64,000 bases of DNA from Gracilinanus agilis (lineage: Eukaryota): the NCBI RefSeq assembly GCF_016433145.1, contig NC_058134.1, forward strand, positions 95,686,882 through 95,750,881. The letters are read 5' to 3'. The notes beneath the pieces were generated by a model. That model was not told where the DNA came from and searched no databases. It saw only the letters and a program-made list of their open reading frames with translations. Within the stretch, counting starts at the first letter, position 1. Each line of letters opens with the position of its first letter. The translations under genes were made by a program, and so were the position numbers. Shown here in pieces: positions 62,280 to 64,000 of this stretch.

Positions 62280-63900
62280 CCCCTCTTAATTTCCACTATG
62301 ATCTTTTTCCTTTTCTTTGATCTCTTAAAGATGTAGGCCTAGTAGCTGAAGTGATGTGAGGGGGTAGGGTTGTTTTAATATACATTTCTCTAATCAGTAG
62401 TTATTTGGATAATTTTTTCATCTAATTATTGGTAGTTATTTCTTCTGAAAACTGCCTGTTAATATCATTTGACCATTTATCAACTTTGGAATGGCTCTTA
62501 TTTTATAAATTTGCTCTATATATTTGTTCAGTGATGCCTTTATCAAAGAAACTTGCTAAAATTATTTTTCCCAGTTTGCTGTCTTCCACCTAATTTTGGC
62601 TACATTATTTTTTGTTTATGAAAAATTTTCATATAAGCAAAATAATATATTTTACTTCCCATTTAAGTATGTATGTATACATATGTATATATGTACATAT
62701 ATATTATATTATTTTATTTTATTTTTTTCCCCCTGATCCAATTCTGATGGCAGTATTGCCTGCTACCTCTCCCTCCATTCCTACCCACGGGTAAAAGCTC
62801 TTCCTTGTGAGCTTATGTTATGTGAAATATTTTCATCTATTCTTCCTCTCCCTTCCCCCTTTTCCCAGGGCATCCCTCTCCCATTTTATTACATAATCAA
62901 ATTAATTTCTGCGTTCTCTTTCTATGTAGAATCCTTCTAACTAACTGCCTAATGAAAAAGTTCTTAAAAGTTACGTGAGTCATCACCCTATAAAAGAAAA
63001 ATACACAATTTAACCTATTTGAGGACCTTATGGTTTCTCTTTTATATTTTTATGCTTCTCTTGAGTCTTGTATTTTCAAAAAATATTTTAATTTGACTCT
63101 ACTGTTTTCATTAGGAATACTTAAAAGTGCTCTTCATTAAATGTCCTCCCCCACCCAAAAAAAAAAAAAAAAGAAAAAAAGATGATATTCAGTTTTGCTG
63201 GATAGATTATTCTTGGTTGTAATCATAGCCTTATTTGCCTTCTAAAATATATTCCAAGCCTACTTTTATTGTAGTAGCTGCTAATTCTTGTGTGATCCTG
63301 ACTATTGCTCCACAACATTTGAATAGCTACTTTTTGGCTTCCTGAATTATTTTTTCTTTGACCTTAGAAACTTGAGAATTTGGTTATAATGTTCCTGGTA
63401 GTTTTTATTTTGAGATCTCGTTTAGAAGGTGTTCTGTAGAGTCTTTCAAATTCTATTTATCTTCTGGTTTTAGGAAATGTATTGTATCTTTCTTCGATCC
63501 TAACTTTCAGGTAGTCCAATAATTCTTAAATTATTTATTCTTGTTCTATTTTTCCAGTCAGTTGTTTTTCTGATGAAATATTTTGCTTTCTTTTTTATTC
63601 TTCTTTGTTTTATTGTTTCTTGAATTCTCAATATAGCCATTAGCTTTCATTCGCCCATTTTTAATTTTTAAGCAGTTATTATCTTTGCTATTTTTGGTGT
63701 TAATTCCCTTTTCATAATTTTATTCTTTTTGCTCACTTTCTTTCTCTATCTACTTCTGCTGCCTCTCTTATTTCATTTTGAAAATCATTTTTTAGGTATT
63801 CCAGGTTTTCTTGGTGGTTTTGTGTCCAGTTTACATTTTTTTCATTTTGAGCTATGTGGTTCTTTTAACTTCATTGTCTTCTTAGTTTGTACAAAATTTT
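62280..63900 (-). mobile_element. Old L1 derivative: decayed ORF1, spacer, 3' tail
   Basis: Reverse strand near 63270-63400 encodes an IITKFSSF...GAIVRITQELAA ORF1 remnant; ends approximate. Confidence 0.62.
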
Positions 63901-64000
63901 AAAAAGCCAAATAAACATGTGGTGTTTTACATAGATGGTAAACTTTTCACAATTAGCTGTTTATGCCTTCTGATTAATCAGAGCAGGAATTCATATCCTT

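Noticed and set aside
60946-64000. Search for the next KMT2C exon (NISSVVAAFSDLL)
   Set aside because: Not seen; the window ends in intron and L1 sequence.
1-64000. tRNA, rRNA or CRISPR features
   Set aside because: The A/B-box sequences belong to SINEs and the tRNA-complementary stretch is a PBS; no spacer array exists in this mammalian DNA.

Overview
Mammalian genomic DNA from a marsupial, most likely a didelphid opossum judging by SINE1_MD-like SINEs and marsupial-type L1s. The + strand carries the middle of KMT2C (MLL3, an H3K4 methyltransferase). I could place 18 GT-AG coding exons (18767-60945) whose phases join into one open frame; they probably correspond to about human exons 32-48 plus a 55-codon symmetric exon. 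They encode the HMG-like box, polyQ, DPY/TPRP repeats and LxxLL motifs; the PHD and SET domains lie outside the window. One exon end is lost in a 140-N gap. The first ~18.7 kb is a single intron of nested transposons: a young antisense L1 with intact ORF1, an older L1 interrupted by hAT MITEs and an ERV, and SINEs. The best leads are three unannotated-looking exon candidates in repeat-free intron sequence (33 nt in-frame, 23 nt frame-shifting or terminal, 48 nt with TAG-TAG-TAG), an LTR element with U3 ends at both termini in inverted orientation, a provirus whose two LTR copies differ by a flipped hairpin loop, and a 54-bp-arm hairpin. Comparisons with human KMT2C and repeat family names are from memory and were not database-checked.
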